Made by a program: the position numbers and the translations under genes. A DNA stretch of 64,000 nt, taken from NCBI GenBank assembly GCA_964016885.1, contig OZ024745.1, positions 56,544,001 to 56,608,000 of the forward strand, written 5' to 3'. The notes below the pieces were generated by a model. The model saw only the letters and a list, made by a program, of their open reading frames with translations. It ran no database searches and was not told the origin of the DNA. Source of the DNA: Eledone cirrhosa. Its lineage: Eukaryota. Shown piece after piece: positions 15,432-29,493 of the stretch. The stretch's first letter is position 1, and every line of letters starts with the position of its first letter.

Positions 15432-15436
<5 letters not shown>

Positions 15437-15700
15437 AATTGTTTCTACTTTTGGCACCAGGCCAGCAATTATCCGAGTGCATTACTGGTACTTTATTTAT
15501 ATATATACAATAATTGTTTCTACTTTTGGCACAAGGCCAGCAATTACCCAGTGCATTACTGGTACTTTATTTTATCGACCCCGTAAGGATGAAAGGCAAA
15601 GTCAACCTCGGCGGGAATTGAACTCAGATCGTAAAGGGACGTAACTATGCTGGAAAGCATGGCGTCCGACCCTCAACTGATACTGCCAATCCACCACCCA
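15432..15700 (-). mobile_element. tRNA-derived SINE (resembles octopus OK-type / Meta-MESC-core SINEs) with a duplicated 3' end
   Basis: - strand: A-box-like tggcagtatcag, B-box gagttcaattcc and core gccgaggttgactttgcctttcatccttacggggtcgataaa. The 3' ~65 bp is repeated at 15432-15497. Family name is from recall. Confidence 0.75.
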
Positions 15701-16609
15701 ACTGAAAATAATGTTATCTGTATTTCAACGTTTCAGATTTATCTCGCAAATTTCTTTTCAAAATGATTTTCACTTTTGTACTTTTCTATCAGTAGGACGA
15801 TTTGTGTAGATATTAAATTCATCAATGACATTTATTTCATAATAAAATTGTAGAATTGTCGTGGGATATAACGGACTAAAATTCGGAAATAGTAACTGAA
15901 CACATTTTCATCCCTGTAGTTTAGCGAACACATTGCCCACTGAATACAGAAATATCCATTTATAACGTTCTGCAATGCCTTATATGAAATCCACCCTTAT
16001 ATTTTTCTGCAAGTTATGTTTTTCTAGCGCAGGAGGATCAAATGAAAATTTGACTATAGAAGGATCTACTCTCAGAATAAAATTTGATGTTGCTCCATAC
16101 CGCAAAATATGTTTCTGTGTGATCTAAAGATTCCCCATATCGACCGCTCTCAATCAGAAATATTGATGTCAAATATGTTTTCGTGTATTCTTTAAATATT
16201 AAATTTTCACACGATAATTTAAAGACAGGTAGATTAAAAAAAGAAACAAGAGACACTATTATAGTTTCGTAACATTCATATTGAACAAATTATAATATAT
16301 GCATATAACGCTCACACACACACACACAAACTCACTCAAACGTATTCTGGGTGTATATAAAAGCAAATTCAATACGTTTATGTATAATAAACATACGAGT
16401 GTTCAGCTATGAATGTCTTAAGCTGTGATCATGACACAGATGTCTAAGAAGCCGCTGAGAATGCCAGGTGTTTTCTTGAATGTTTATACGCCACCAATCA
16501 TATTAACCCACACGTTACAGAGTCAAGAAGCTGAAGTCTATTACTATGCAGTCTATGTTAGTGTTACTGCTAATAAAACCTAACCAGTCAAGTTTACACT
16601 ATATGCAAA

Positions 16610-18571
16610 CACAGTGTAACATATTTTTGTTCCCCGGTTCTAAGTGTCATTTCATGGTTTGTTATATCCCATTATTATAAAAAAAACACTATTGTTTAAT
16701 CAGAAGTTTGTGTTTGTGGTCAGGAGTTTGATATTTCGAAATTTTCATATTTTTCAAGAAAAAATACTTTTTTTTTAATTTATCAGTACATATAATTAAA
16801 TCAAGAGATTTTATTACACAAGCTTATCAAAAGCAAACAAGTAAAAACAAATAACACTTATAAAGCAACATGTCAGAAATGACTGGATTTCCTGGATTTG
16901 CGGTTGTAGTCCAGGTCGCATTCCCGCAGTAGCCCCCATATATAGTCGCCCATCATTTGTTCATTGTAGTGGCGCTGGTACCTCCACTCTATCTCTTTCA
17001 CATCTTGGTGGAATCGTTCGCCTTGTTCTTCTGAGTAGGCGCCCATATTGTCCTTGAAATTTTCCAGGTGAGCGTCCAGCATATGGAGTTTAAGCGACAT
17101 CCCATGGCACCAAAAGCCTTTATCAGATCCTGCACCAGTTGCTGATAGTTTTCAGCTCTGTAGTTGCTCGGGAAGCCCTTAACAACTGCCTTGAAACAGT
17201 TCCATGCTGTTCTCTTAATCCCATTGAGCTTATTGGAGAACTCGGTAGACTCAAACACCTTCTTTATCTGATGTCCAACAAAAATTCCACCTTTGATTTT
17301 GGCCTCAGATAACTTGGGGAAGAACTCAAGAAGGTACTTAAAAGTGGCTGATTCTTGGTTGAGAGCCTTCACAACCTGCTTCATCAACCCAAACTTAATG
17401 TGCAGTGGCGGCATGAGCACAATCCTGGGATCAACCAGTGGCTCCCACATGTCGTTCCGGGTCCCAACTACAAATTCTGTTCGCTGCTCCCAGTTCTTTG
17501 TTTTGTAGTGGTCAGAAGGCTCTGCTGTCCCAAAGGCAGAGGAAGCATTGGAATTTGATAAAGCCTCCTTGGAGTCCAAGCAGGAAAGCCACCATCTTGA
17601 AGTCTCCAATGATTTCCCAATTGTACTGGTTGTATTGCAGAGCTTCCAATAGGACTTTCACACTGTATTAATCTTCCTTCAGGCAGACTGAATGAGCTAG
17701 TGGCAGTTTCGGGAACTTGTTTCCATTGTGGAGGAGGACAGCCTTCAAACTTGTGGTGGAGCCGTCTATAAATAGCCGCAACTCCTAGGACACAAACGGC
17801 AACCCAATAACGTCAAACAGTCCAGGCACGACATGGCAGAAGCAGAGGCCATTCCTAAGTGTGTAAAAGCCTGAGAAAGGTTCGTGTCGACTTCTCTGAC
17901 TTGTCACCTGCACTTCCTCCTTGACCAAGTTCCACTGCTTCATCCTGGAGACGAATAGCTCTGCATGGGACTTGGTGAGACCCATATCCCTGACCAAGTC
18001 ATTGACTTCTTTTGGGTTTGGAAAGTGAGGAACTTTTTCTGGTACCTCAGGCAGGTAATCCAAGTCGTCAGCATCCATCTTCCCCTCTTCATCAGAATAC
18101 TTGTCTTGGAAAATAAATTTGATATGCAATACAAAATAAATATTGGAAATTGAAATACATATTTAAATAATATAAAAGAATACTAATCATACTAATGAAA
18201 ATTCGTGCTTAAAACACAACTTACCCTTTATTCAGGTTGCAAAAATCCAGTATCAATAATTCTGTTTAATCCACTTTTTAACAATTTTATACTTTATTGC
18301 ACTTTTATAACTTTTTTTAGGTATTACTCTTTATTTTATAATTTTAATTTAACCTGAAACATATATAAACAAATCATTTAACATAAGCAAATTAAACTTA
18401 CATACAACGTAAAATCTAGCATACAAATAATTCTAGTGAATAGCTTAGAATTTTTACAAACCCCAACTTTTAACTGTTTAATAGCACTTTTTTATTTATT
18501 TGGGACCTAAGCAACACAAAAAAGTTATTACAAGCCAGGAACAGAGAAAAAATGTTTTTGTTTAAACGGTG
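16610..18571 (-). mobile_element. Chapaev3-like (CMC superfamily) DNA transposon with a disrupted transposase
   Basis: CAC..GTG termini with imperfect TIRs (..TGTTCC.GG.T); aaa/taa flanks. Motifs NDLVRDMGL..AELFVSRMKQWNL, RLFIDGS..SLKAVLLHNGN, PPLHIKFGLMKQ and MSLKLH..SEEQGERFHQD; frameshifts. Confidence 0.75.
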
Positions 18572-18902
18572 TAATTTATACGCAAAGACAATATAGACGT
18601 CAAACTTTTCTCATCTGACATTCTCACAGGCAATTCTGATCGCAGTAACATGATCGCAGAGACTCTCATATATGTATTACTAGCTGGCCTGTTCGGTTGG
18701 TGCCCGGCTATGTATACCTGCCGCTCCACTGCAAAGATACCACACACCCTCCCGTGTCACATAGTCCTTCCAACTCTCTCTCTATCTGAATAACTAACAC
18801 TTTAATTGTATGTCTCTCTGTCTAACGGCCCATCTCTCTCTTTTCCCCTCCCTCTGTTTTTCTGTCTCTCTCTGTAGATGTGTGTGTAGTTTTCCTAATC
18901 TT

Positions 18903-18939
<37 letters not shown>

Positions 18940-19215
18940 ATGTATGTATATATTGAAGGGAGATACGGAAACTAAAACAGTGTTGTCATATAGAGAGTGA
19001 AGAGCGACAGAGAGGGCAAAACAGTTAAATATAGAGAGGAGGAATGATCTTACATACATACATGCATAGATACATACATATAAAGTATAGAGATGTGTGT
19101 GTGCTGGTGTATATGTATGTGTGTTTGTGTATGTGTGTATGTGCATGTGAGTGTCTGTGTGTTTTGTTTTGATTTTATCCGGCAATTGGCGAAATCAGGT
19201 GTGAAAGTATGTGTA

Positions 19216-19250
<35 letters not shown>

Positions 19251-19389
19251 TATGCGAGCGACGACAGAAAAAGTGTGTGGGATACATACATTATTATAGT
19301 TGTCTGTATTTTCGTTCTGAAACCATTATATTATGATATTTGTATGCAAATGATTTTAGATGTATATATTACCTGCTTGCCCGTCCCTC

Positions 19390-19715
19390 TGTTTCTCTTT
19401 CTCTCTCTCACAGGATGTAACACATGCGCAAACTAAGCACACAACACACACAAAAACAATATGGCATAGGACAGAACAAAGGAGGGGCACAAAACAAAGA
19501 AAATGATCCACGGTCACTGATGAGGTCACAGAATGTGTGACTAAAGAACTTTGACAATATATGAACAACCGACCGGTTGTGGAACCAACCAACCAACCGA
19601 AAGTTATAAATTTCTTAAATTTATAATTTAATTAACTTATAATAAATTGGAGTGAATGGAACTGGTGCGTATGTTTCTTATTGGCAACATAATCCTCCCA
19701 AAGTATAACAATATA
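19390..19715 (+). mobile_element. Family B element copy with a mutated HHR
   Basis: guca-CUGAUGA-g-gucac/gugac-UAAA (G12 lost) at about 19513-19555; a family A fragment follows directly. Confidence 0.65.
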
Positions 19716-19764
19716 TAAGGGTGAAAGCAACGATTCTTTGCTTAAACTTTAATCTGTTATTTTC

Positions 19765-19868
<104 letters not shown>

Positions 19869-19909
19869 CGAAACATAAGTCAATTGCATGAACTCATAAT
19901 CCTTTATTT

Positions 19910-19965
19910 ACTGCTATATATATTTCGATGATAGCCATTGAATGGCTATGACCTCATCAGGCAGT
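19910..19965 (-). ncRNA. Minimal type I HHR
   Basis: acugc-CUGAUGA-(auagcca/uggcuau)-GAAA-uauau-AUA-gcagu, then AAUAAA. Confidence 0.8.
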
Positions 19966-20024
19966 TAGTCAGTTCTTAGATATGCCAGCTATGTGTGTAT
20001 AGTGTTGATGGTATCCGAGCCTTG

Positions 20025-20108
<84 letters not shown>

Positions 20109-21183
20109 AAAAGAGGATTAACACAGATAAGCGATACAGTAGGCTTTATTTCTACGGAAACCGAAAAGGATATCTCGTATACCTGCTTATATAAATATAT
20201 ACATATGTATATATGAACATATACGTGTGTGTGTGTGTACATTTGGATGCTTTACCTTTCTATAAGTATGCTAGTGTTTGTCAATAGATGTGTCTTATGT
20301 ATTTTTAATCAATTAGCTCAAAGACATTTATAGCTAAGAAAATATATAACATCAAATGTCTATATATGTATATATTGAGTACTATTCCAAACGTAGATAA
20401 CTAACAAAAAAAAAAATAGCGTACCTTATTTTCTTTGTAGAAAATATGTTTTTTTCATGTCATAAAATGAATAAATTACGAATGAAGTTGAAAAATTGAA
20501 TGCAATCCAATTTGAAACCAATAGGAAGACAATGTTTTGCGTTAACAATATTTTCTCAAAACCACATATATACTTAAGAATATATTTTTAAAATAGTAAT
20601 GTATTTAAAATGTTCAAGCATTAATTTAATAAGCACCCAATACTGGTGGTTAATATATAGAAATATATTTTGTTGGTAGGAAAGTTGAAGTGTAATAAAA
20701 AGAAAAAAATAACTTTTAAAAAAATACATAATATATTGTTACTCTTGAGAAGATAAAAAATATGTTATCGATTTTGGACACAAGAGCAATACTCAAACAC
20801 GTTCATAGTTTCAAATGATCGGTAGATGTATTGATTACCACACTTCAATGGAAGAGAATATAATATAATGTTCAGCTTAAGTCCCATTAACTTTTCAATG
20901 TGTGATTCTGCTAAAATCACATCGTATAATTTGCAGGCTACAATAAAAGATTGAAAAGCGGTTAATCAGAAGAGATACTATACTCAAAAGTGAAATGAAA
21001 CAGCGAAAAATATTATCAAAGGAACCTACTGTGAAAAAATCCCAAAAGTGTAAGACAAAGATATACTTTTCAAAAGATGAGGATTTTCAACAATGTTGTA
21101 GGTAAATTGGTTAGGCCAAGAAAGTGGAATTCAAATTTATATAATCATATAATATACATTAAATCTGAACTCTTGTATGTTTG

Positions 21184-21235
<52 letters not shown>

Positions 21236-21269
21236 TGGAAAATGTGTGAGATCCTTGGTACAGTTAGGT

Positions 21270-21495
21270 ATATTTGAAAACAAGGAAAAGAATGACTTCA
21301 CTTGTAGTGTTAACAAATTTATATGATTTAATGTTATAATATAATATTAAAATATTATGAGTTGGTAGATCCAGTAAGTTCTTTGTTAACTTCGGCGGGA
21401 GGAATTTTAGAGATTCCTGGTTAACTTGGGTTGGAGAACTTTCTCGCATTCGTCTATATGTGGCGATTGTCAAACTGTGATCAGGTTGTGTTGAA
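21270..21495. repeat. Dispersed repeat with an inverted paralogue at about 25310-25632
   Basis: Near-identical blocks, e.g. ccaggaatctctaaaattc and ggatctaccaactcataat. Confidence 0.75.
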
Positions 21496-21611
21496 ATATA
21501 TATATATATATACACATACGTACACATACCTACACATATATACATATACATATACAAAAACACATATATATATTTATATATATACAAATACACACACATA
21601 CACACACACGC

Positions 21612-21705
<94 letters not shown>

Positions 21706-21766
21706 CTGATACATACATACACATGCACACTAAACATACATATATATTATACTATACATATCCTGT

Positions 21767-21815
<49 letters not shown>

Positions 21816-21904
21816 CATATATATATATAAATATATATATCTCACATACATTCCAATATATATTTTCTACATACATACATATACACATATACACACACAT
21901 ACAT

Positions 21905-21941
<37 letters not shown>

Positions 21942-22735
21942 ATCAAGCCATACATACATATACACATATATATACACCACATATACACATATATATTTTC
22001 TATATACATATATATATATATATATATACATATATCATATACACACCACATATATATATATATATTTTACACATATACCATACATGTTATATACACACCC
22101 TATATATCCTATACATATACCACACATATATCATATACATCCTATATATACACTATACATATCCTACATACATATTATATATATCTCTCCCACATATATA
22201 CACACATACACACACACATATATATCTATATATATGTATATCTCCAATATACACACATATATATTTTATACATACACATACACACACACACACACATATA
22301 TATACATATATATATATATACATACACACTCACGCACATACATATACATACACACACACATATATATATATATATATCCTCCACACACATATATATAGAG
22401 ATTCTCCACGCATTTTATATACACATACTTACATACACATATATATATTCCATATAAACACATTTTATACCTCCTACATATATATATTTTTTTACATATA
22501 CATATATATATATACTACATATATATACATATAAATATATTATACACATATCCACACATAAATATATACACACATATGCTCATATATATATACACATATC
22601 TATCTCACACATACATACGTGCATACATATATACATATATAAATATACATACACATATATGCACACATACACATAAACACGTATATCTGTATACCTACAG
22701 GCACATATATAAAAAAACACATCTATACATACATA
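21496..22735. repeat. Compound (TA)/(CA) low-complexity tract
   Basis: Direct reading. Confidence 0.9.
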
Positions 22736-22788
22736 TGTAAAATAAAGTTAAATAAAAGTCAAATGATTAAAATTTAGCTTCGTTTATT

Positions 22789-22843
22789 ACTGCTATATAT
22801 ATTTCAGTGACAGCCATCTTTGGCTGTGACCTCTTCAGGCAGT
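22789..22843 (-). ncRNA. Minimal type I HHR (same family as 19910-19965), at the 3' end of a probable PLE fragment reaching ~23260
   Basis: acugc-CUGAAGA-(acagcca/uggcugu)-GAAA-uauau-AUA-gcagu, then AAUAAA. Helix II has a compensatory U-A to C-G change relative to 19910. Upstream RKYKEEFFIRKYKTL resembles a GIY-YIG C-terminus. Confidence 0.8.
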
Positions 22844-23630
22844 TTGAATTAATATGGTATAGACAAGTACATATGTTGTTTAGGTGTATAATATTGTCAA
22901 TACTCTGATATGTCCAGTTCCTTGTTGGATTGTTAATTCACTGAGGAACTGGAGTCATATGTATATATCTATACAAACATCCACTCAAGTGTTTAAGTTC
23001 ATATATACATTGGTGTGGGGAAGGGGAAATTAATGAAATGTACCTCTGAGTGTGTTTCTTCTCTTCAGCGATCGAATGTTTGAAAGTACGGGTGTCATCA
23101 ACTATTTTTCTTTTTCAATATGATATTTTTTTAAAGAAAGAAGAGGGGGAATCCCGTTGCTTGAAAATGGAATATCACTTTTTTTGTTTTCAGTAGTGTT
23201 TTGTATTTTCTAATAAAGAATTCTTCTTTATATTTTCGGAAGTGTTCGTTGTCCGACCATATCTTAACGGGTGGGTGGGAGGTGGGGGGAATTGTTACCT
23301 GGACCATCGTGGATATATTACATAATATTATATAACATCTCCAATAGGTTTCTGTAAATCCGAAATCAATAAAATCCATGTGCAAGGGCTGCAAGTTAAT
23401 TGGTCTTTGGAAGATAGAACAGTGGAATTTACTTTGTCAACAAGTGTTCGTTCTGCCGCCGCCGGTTGCAAGAACTAGTAGTCACGTGGCTTCTGCGAAG
23501 GCAGGTAACCCCCGGATTTGGCGGTCAAATCCAAAATTTGAACAAAGGATTTAAATCCTTTACACAAACCGACTAAAAGCTCTCAACTAGATGTTATTAA
23601 ACAAACATAAACAATTAACCAATCAATAGA

Positions 23631-24017
23631 AGAGTCACAGAATGTTATAATAAACCTTCAAAAGTGTGGGACGAGAGTTGTTTCTAAAAAATTGTAATCA
23701 TCTATCGTACACTCTGTGGCATCCTTTTATAAAAAAAAAGAGACTTATAACGAACTCAAGACGACACGATAATTATTTAAGTGAATTTATAATATAGAAT
23801 TCGGTTTAAGTACATTTCGTATTAATCATTACTAAACATCTAATATGAGATATTGAACATTAGCTTAAATAATTATCGTGTCGTCTTGAGTTCGTTATGA
23901 GTCTCTTTTTTTATAAAAAGATGCCACAGAGTATACGATAGATAATTATTACAATATTTTTGAGCAACAACTCTAGTCTCACACTTTTCAAGGTTTATTA
24001 TAACATTCTGTGGCTCT
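23631..24017. repeat. Fold-back element with ~150-bp arms
   Basis: About 23631-23782 is inverted at about 23863-24017. Confidence 0.8.
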
Positions 24018-24623
24018 TTTGAGCTTGCGCATTTTTCAGGTCTAGTGTATATATGTGTTTGGTGTTGTGTATATATGGGTGTATATATATGTGTAGGTAT
24101 GTGTACGTATGTGTGTGTATATATATATGTACATATGAATACAACTAGACCGAGAAACAGGAAAAGTCTGTCATCAGTAGTCTGTTGATTCTCATTGGTA
24201 TTTCTTCGCATTAAAGACTAGATATCTAAAATCAGTGCGAGCGATAACTAAATTAAGTTATCGGGACAGAGGAAAGTGAACAAACAACATGGTAGTAACG
24301 CAACGTAAAGAGAGGAAAAGAGAGACAAGTCAATGAATCTTGTGGGCTTAAGTCCAACAAATCAAATGATGAGAAGAAAACAGACACGTCCGAGCCTGGA
24401 AAAAAGTGAGAGAGGAAAGAATTAACGCAAGTCAGACAGGAGGAAGTGAGAGAGGAGGAGTAGCAGAGGTGAGTGAGTGAAAGTGTGAGAAAGGGGCCAG
24501 CTGAGAGTATGTGCCAGCAGCGGGGATGGAGGAAAACAAGAGGTAAGGGAGAGAGAGAGAGGAAAGCAGTAAGGTAACAGAAAAAATACGAACCACAGCG
24601 AAGGGAAAATATATGTATGTGTG

Positions 24624-24730
<107 letters not shown>

Positions 24731-25476
24731 CTGTATATATCTGTGTATATGTATATGTGTATGGGTGTGTATATATATATATAGGTATATATATATATGT
24801 ATGTATATATGTGCTGATATGTGTTTGTATGTAGTATATATGGACTGTAGATACATTTACATATAGGGAAGTGAATATGTGACCAATATCAACAACACAT
24901 CTTTGACAACTATCCTTCTTTTCTCTTTCTCCTGTCATCCCATTCTTATCAAAAGACATGTATCTTACGCCTCATTAAAACCCAGACAAGCACCTAAATT
25001 CATGTTTGATATAGAAATGTGTAGCAGATATCTTTATGGATTTGGAAGAGAAGAGGTGATTCAGCTATGCCATTATAAACTCTACAAAGGTCAGCTAATG
25101 AAATAAAACCAGCATCAGACTACTTCACCAACACCCTTATCTTCCAACCTCACCATTTTCTGAGTGTATATATATATATGTGTGTGTGTATGTGTGTGTG
25201 GTGTTTATGTATACTTTAATTCCTCAGGACCTTCATCATCATCAACACTCATTAACACCACGCGCCACACCCAGACACATCCAAATCTCTCTTATATATA
25301 GTCACGCATTTCAACACAATCTGATCACAGTTTGACAATCACCACAGACGAATGCGAGAAAGTTCTCCAACCCAATTTAACCAGGAATCTCTAAAATTCT
25401 TCCCACCGAAGTGAACAAAGAACGTAATGGATCTACCAACTCATAATATTTTAATATTATATTATAACATTAATCA

Positions 25477-25564
25477 CGCCGAGGTTGACTTTGCCTTTCA
25501 TCCTTACGAGGTCGATAAAATAAAGTACCAGTAATGCACCGGGTGTTTGCGGCCGGTAGAAACA
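25477..25564 (+). mobile_element. 5'-truncated SINE with a 16-17-bp target-site duplication
   Basis: attataacatt(a)aatca at 25461-25476 and 25565-25581; the paralogous empty site near 21325-21341 has one copy. Confidence 0.8.
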
Positions 25565-25646
25565 ATTATAACATTAAATCATAAACATTTTTAACACTAC
25601 AAGTGAAGTCATTCTTTTCCTTTTTTCAAATATATATATATTAAAA

Positions 25647-25680
<34 letters not shown>

Positions 25681-25841
25681 TATATCTATATATATGTATA
25701 AAACATGGGAAGAAAGAGGAAAACTGCGTGTTGCACATGGGTTACATATAAAATTAGTCCCTCATCAGTGATTTGCCAACCATCATTGGTATTTCATCGC
25801 ATTAAAAATCATATACCTCAGGTTGGTGCGAGCAATAACTA

Positions 25842-25923
<82 letters not shown>

Positions 25924-27965
25924 TATAAACATATATATATATTTGTTTGTTTATCTATTTATTCAACGAGGCCGGGTCTGGAAAATTTGCTTTAGGATTT
26001 TAATTCCGCAAAATCACTATGCATATTTCGATAAAATTGGAGGTGAGAAATGATAGCGGTATAGAGAGAGAAGAGAAAAGTACGAATTAGATCGATGGAG
26101 CAGAACATTTGGAGGATTGCGAAAAATACAAGGGAACCTAAGACTGTTATCAACATAATAAATCTCTTCTTTGTTAGCAATATCAGTAAGTTATTAATTC
26201 GTCTTCCGATTCATATTTTTATAATTTCCTATAGTTAATGAAAGTCAAATAGTCAGCTAAATTTGCTTTTAAAACTCTCTATTTATAAATTACACTATAA
26301 TAGATTATAATGTTTGTGTAGCTATACGTATATAATTTGAAATGTGTGCGCCCAAACAAAAATCGCCTTAATAATAGTCAACCACTGTTGAAACATTTGA
26401 AAATATCAGGTAAAATAACTAGGGAGACGGCAAAACATGGATATAGTTGCCTTATTGGAAATGCACCTGACACTACAAAGTTAATCTTTACACAAAAGAG
26501 CGGTTTGTCATCAAATTCGCCTCTTACGGTTTTAATTCTGTAGCTATAATTGTCACATAGCTTGTTGTACAGCACATGACGAAAAGAGACAGAGAGAGAA
26601 TGCGTGTGAGTGTATGTGTATCTGTGTGTGTGTGTGTGGAGGAGGGGGGGTCCACAATTAATGCATATGTGCGTGCCAAATGATAATAATATATCGATGA
26701 AAACAATGCTTCTGTATAATGAATGAATTGAAATTCAAGGAAACTGGAGAACTTGTGGAAATATGGGTTGGCGGATTTCCTGTCAATGTTAGTGCTTCAT
26801 AGACTTTGTCATTCAATAGAAATATTATTCAAAATACAAAAATGGCTACAGTCTGATCACACATATATGGCTAATACTATATAACTAGTGAATGCTAAAT
26901 CATGAATATATTAGGTTTAGTTGGTGCTATTTAGTGTCAGACCAACCATACTCGATTACACATATATAATATTTAATGTGGTTCATTTTTATTTAATATA
27001 ACTGACCAATCAATTATGTTTATCGCCCTCCTGTAACTTGTTCCAATTTTTATGGCTGAAATAATACAACACACAACACCGTTTACAATGGTTCTTCCTT
27101 CCAACACCTGTCTCGTACATAGTTTTTAGAGTCTATAAGTCATATTATCAATGTAAGCTCTTAGATATGTCACTGTGTAGAAACATATTTTATGTTGAAA
27201 AAGTTGCAAGTTTCTAGAAAACTAAGTATTATCTGTCAGTCAAAGTATCACGTAATATGAGAGATAAATGGCATATAAAACCTATGTTACAATGTTCATA
27301 CCATTTACACATATGCACATGCACTAAAATGATCTATATAGAAGCATGTTACCTAAAATCAAATTGCAATTTCGCAATTCAGTGAAACGATAGCATACAA
27401 AATCAATATTAAAACACGAATATAAACCATAAAACTAATAGAGAATATGAAATACAACCAAATTATTACCATTCATTCATTCTTTGTGTCATCGGAAATC
27501 ATATGAATGCAGACAGCTAAAAGAGTCTTAAAGATTTGCTCCGATAATCTGAATCGTAGACTGACGTATAAAAATTGAAGTAAAGTAACATGACACGGAT
27601 CCTAGCAGCTCTTTGTAAAAAATCGATGGACAAGGAGTTAATAATGTATAAATGTGTATTTCTAGAAAGCAGGATCACTAAAAACCTGTCAAAAAACCTT
27701 TACAATATTATAGATTTGAAAAAAAAGCACGTGATTCCAGTCAGAACATTCCCGTCACAGATTTCGAACTGAAAATAATACTATTTAGAGCAACATTAAA
27801 TGTCACTCATTAGATATTCACTGACGCGTATTCTGTCTCTGCCTGTTCTGAACAACTTTCAATGTCGTTTGATTTCTTTTATCCTAGATACAACATTCAT
27901 TGAAATATTGTAGTGGTTTATTTCTCTTTGATAGAAAATAGACATTAAACCCCAGTCAGTCGATG

Positions 27966-28043
<78 letters not shown>

Positions 28044-28128
28044 GTGTGTGTGTGTGTGTATACTATGACATTTAGACCCCTAGTTGAAAATATATGATGC
28101 ATATAAATCTGCACATATACACGCACTC

Positions 28129-28189
<61 letters not shown>

Positions 28190-28249
28190 GATATATATGA
28201 GATACGTAAAATAAGAAAATTATAAAATTAAGTTACTTATTAAAATATC

Positions 28250-28331
28250 ACTTCCAACTAATTAGTTTCTGGAATGGAGTAAATATATTTTCCGAAGAAG
28301 ATACAGAGAAACATTCCGTCGTCAGGGAAGT
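28250..28331 (-). ncRNA. Type I HHR with extended helix II
   Basis: acuucc-CUGACGA-c-ggaaug..cauucc-a-GAAAC-uaauua-GUU-ggaagu. Confidence 0.75.
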
Positions 28332-28772
28332 CTATTCTCATCTAAGTTTCAAGGCAAAGCGAGGACTCTGGAAACTTATTAAAAAATAATTCAGTGGATA
28401 GGAAATAGCAAAGCGTGGACTGAATTCCTAGCCATTGAGAAAATCACTGCCTCTGCGTCTGTGGCAAATTCAAAAAGAATCAAACACGTGACATCGAGGT
28501 CAATCAGTGGAAAGTGGTTTGCTAATAAGACAGCGGCCTTCCTACTACCATAGCAGAAGTCATGGCCAATATTGCTCGAAAAAATAATTTGGAGATAATT
28601 ATAAAGAATTAATATCTAGTAACATATATATACATACAGATGCATATCAATGCTAGCAAATATATAGGTTTTGTCTTAGTAACATTGTGGTTCAATGCAT
28701 GGGGTTGCAGAACAATAATATGAGAGACGTAAAATAAGAAAATTACAAAATTAACTTACTTACTAAAATATC

Positions 28773-28854
28773 ACTTCCAACTAATTAGTTTCAGGAATGG
28801 AGTAAATATATTTTCCGAAGAAGATATGGAGAAACATTCCGTCGTCAGGGAAGT
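28773..28854 (-). ncRNA. Type I HHR with extended helix II (second copy)
   Basis: Same fold, 523 bp from the first copy. Confidence 0.75.
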
Positions 28855-29022
28855 CTATTCTCATCTAAGTTTCCAAGCAAAGCGAGGACTCGGGAAACTT
28901 ATTAAAAAATAATTCAGTGGATAGGAAATAGCAAAGCGTGGACTGAATTCCTAGCCAATATATATTTGCTAGCATTGATATGCATCTGTATGTATATATA
29001 TGTTACTAGATATTAATTGTTT

Positions 29023-29123
<101 letters not shown>

Positions 29124-29140
29124 TATATACATATATATAT

Positions 29141-29194
29141 ATGTAAGTATGTATGTATACGTACATACATATATGTATACAGACGTACAGTAGC

Positions 29195-29237
<43 letters not shown>

Positions 29238-29381
29238 CAGGCACACATATATATATGCACGTATCAGTTTACCGAACATTTATTATAATGTTCGCTTTGT
29301 TCGTTTGGAAACAAACAAACAGCCTGATTTAGTAAGTGCCGTACTAAGAGTGAGAAATGAAATTTCGTTTCATTCTATTCC
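29141..29381. mobile_element. Short diverged insertion of the 466-bp monomer family with an internal inversion
   Basis: Starts atgtaagtatg like the array; after cagcctgattt it switches to agtaagtgcc..gaaatttcgtttcatt, matching the array's right end. Confidence 0.85.

Positions 29382-29493
<112 letters not shown>

Larger units (their letters stand above)
28195..29017 (-). mobile_element. Retrozyme-like element: ~1.45 copies of a 523-bp monomer plus a 60-bp inverted arm
   Basis: About 28195-28435 repeats at about 28718-28957; 28608-28666 is inverted at 28958-29017; one HHR per repeat. Confidence 0.75.

Noticed and set aside
20700-21130. Possible Tc1/mariner remnant (LSPINFSM-like motif)
   Set aside because: One weak motif; no TIRs or continuous frame found.
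23631-24017. Hammerhead in this fold-back
   Set aside because: No CUGANGA/GAAA pair found on either strand.
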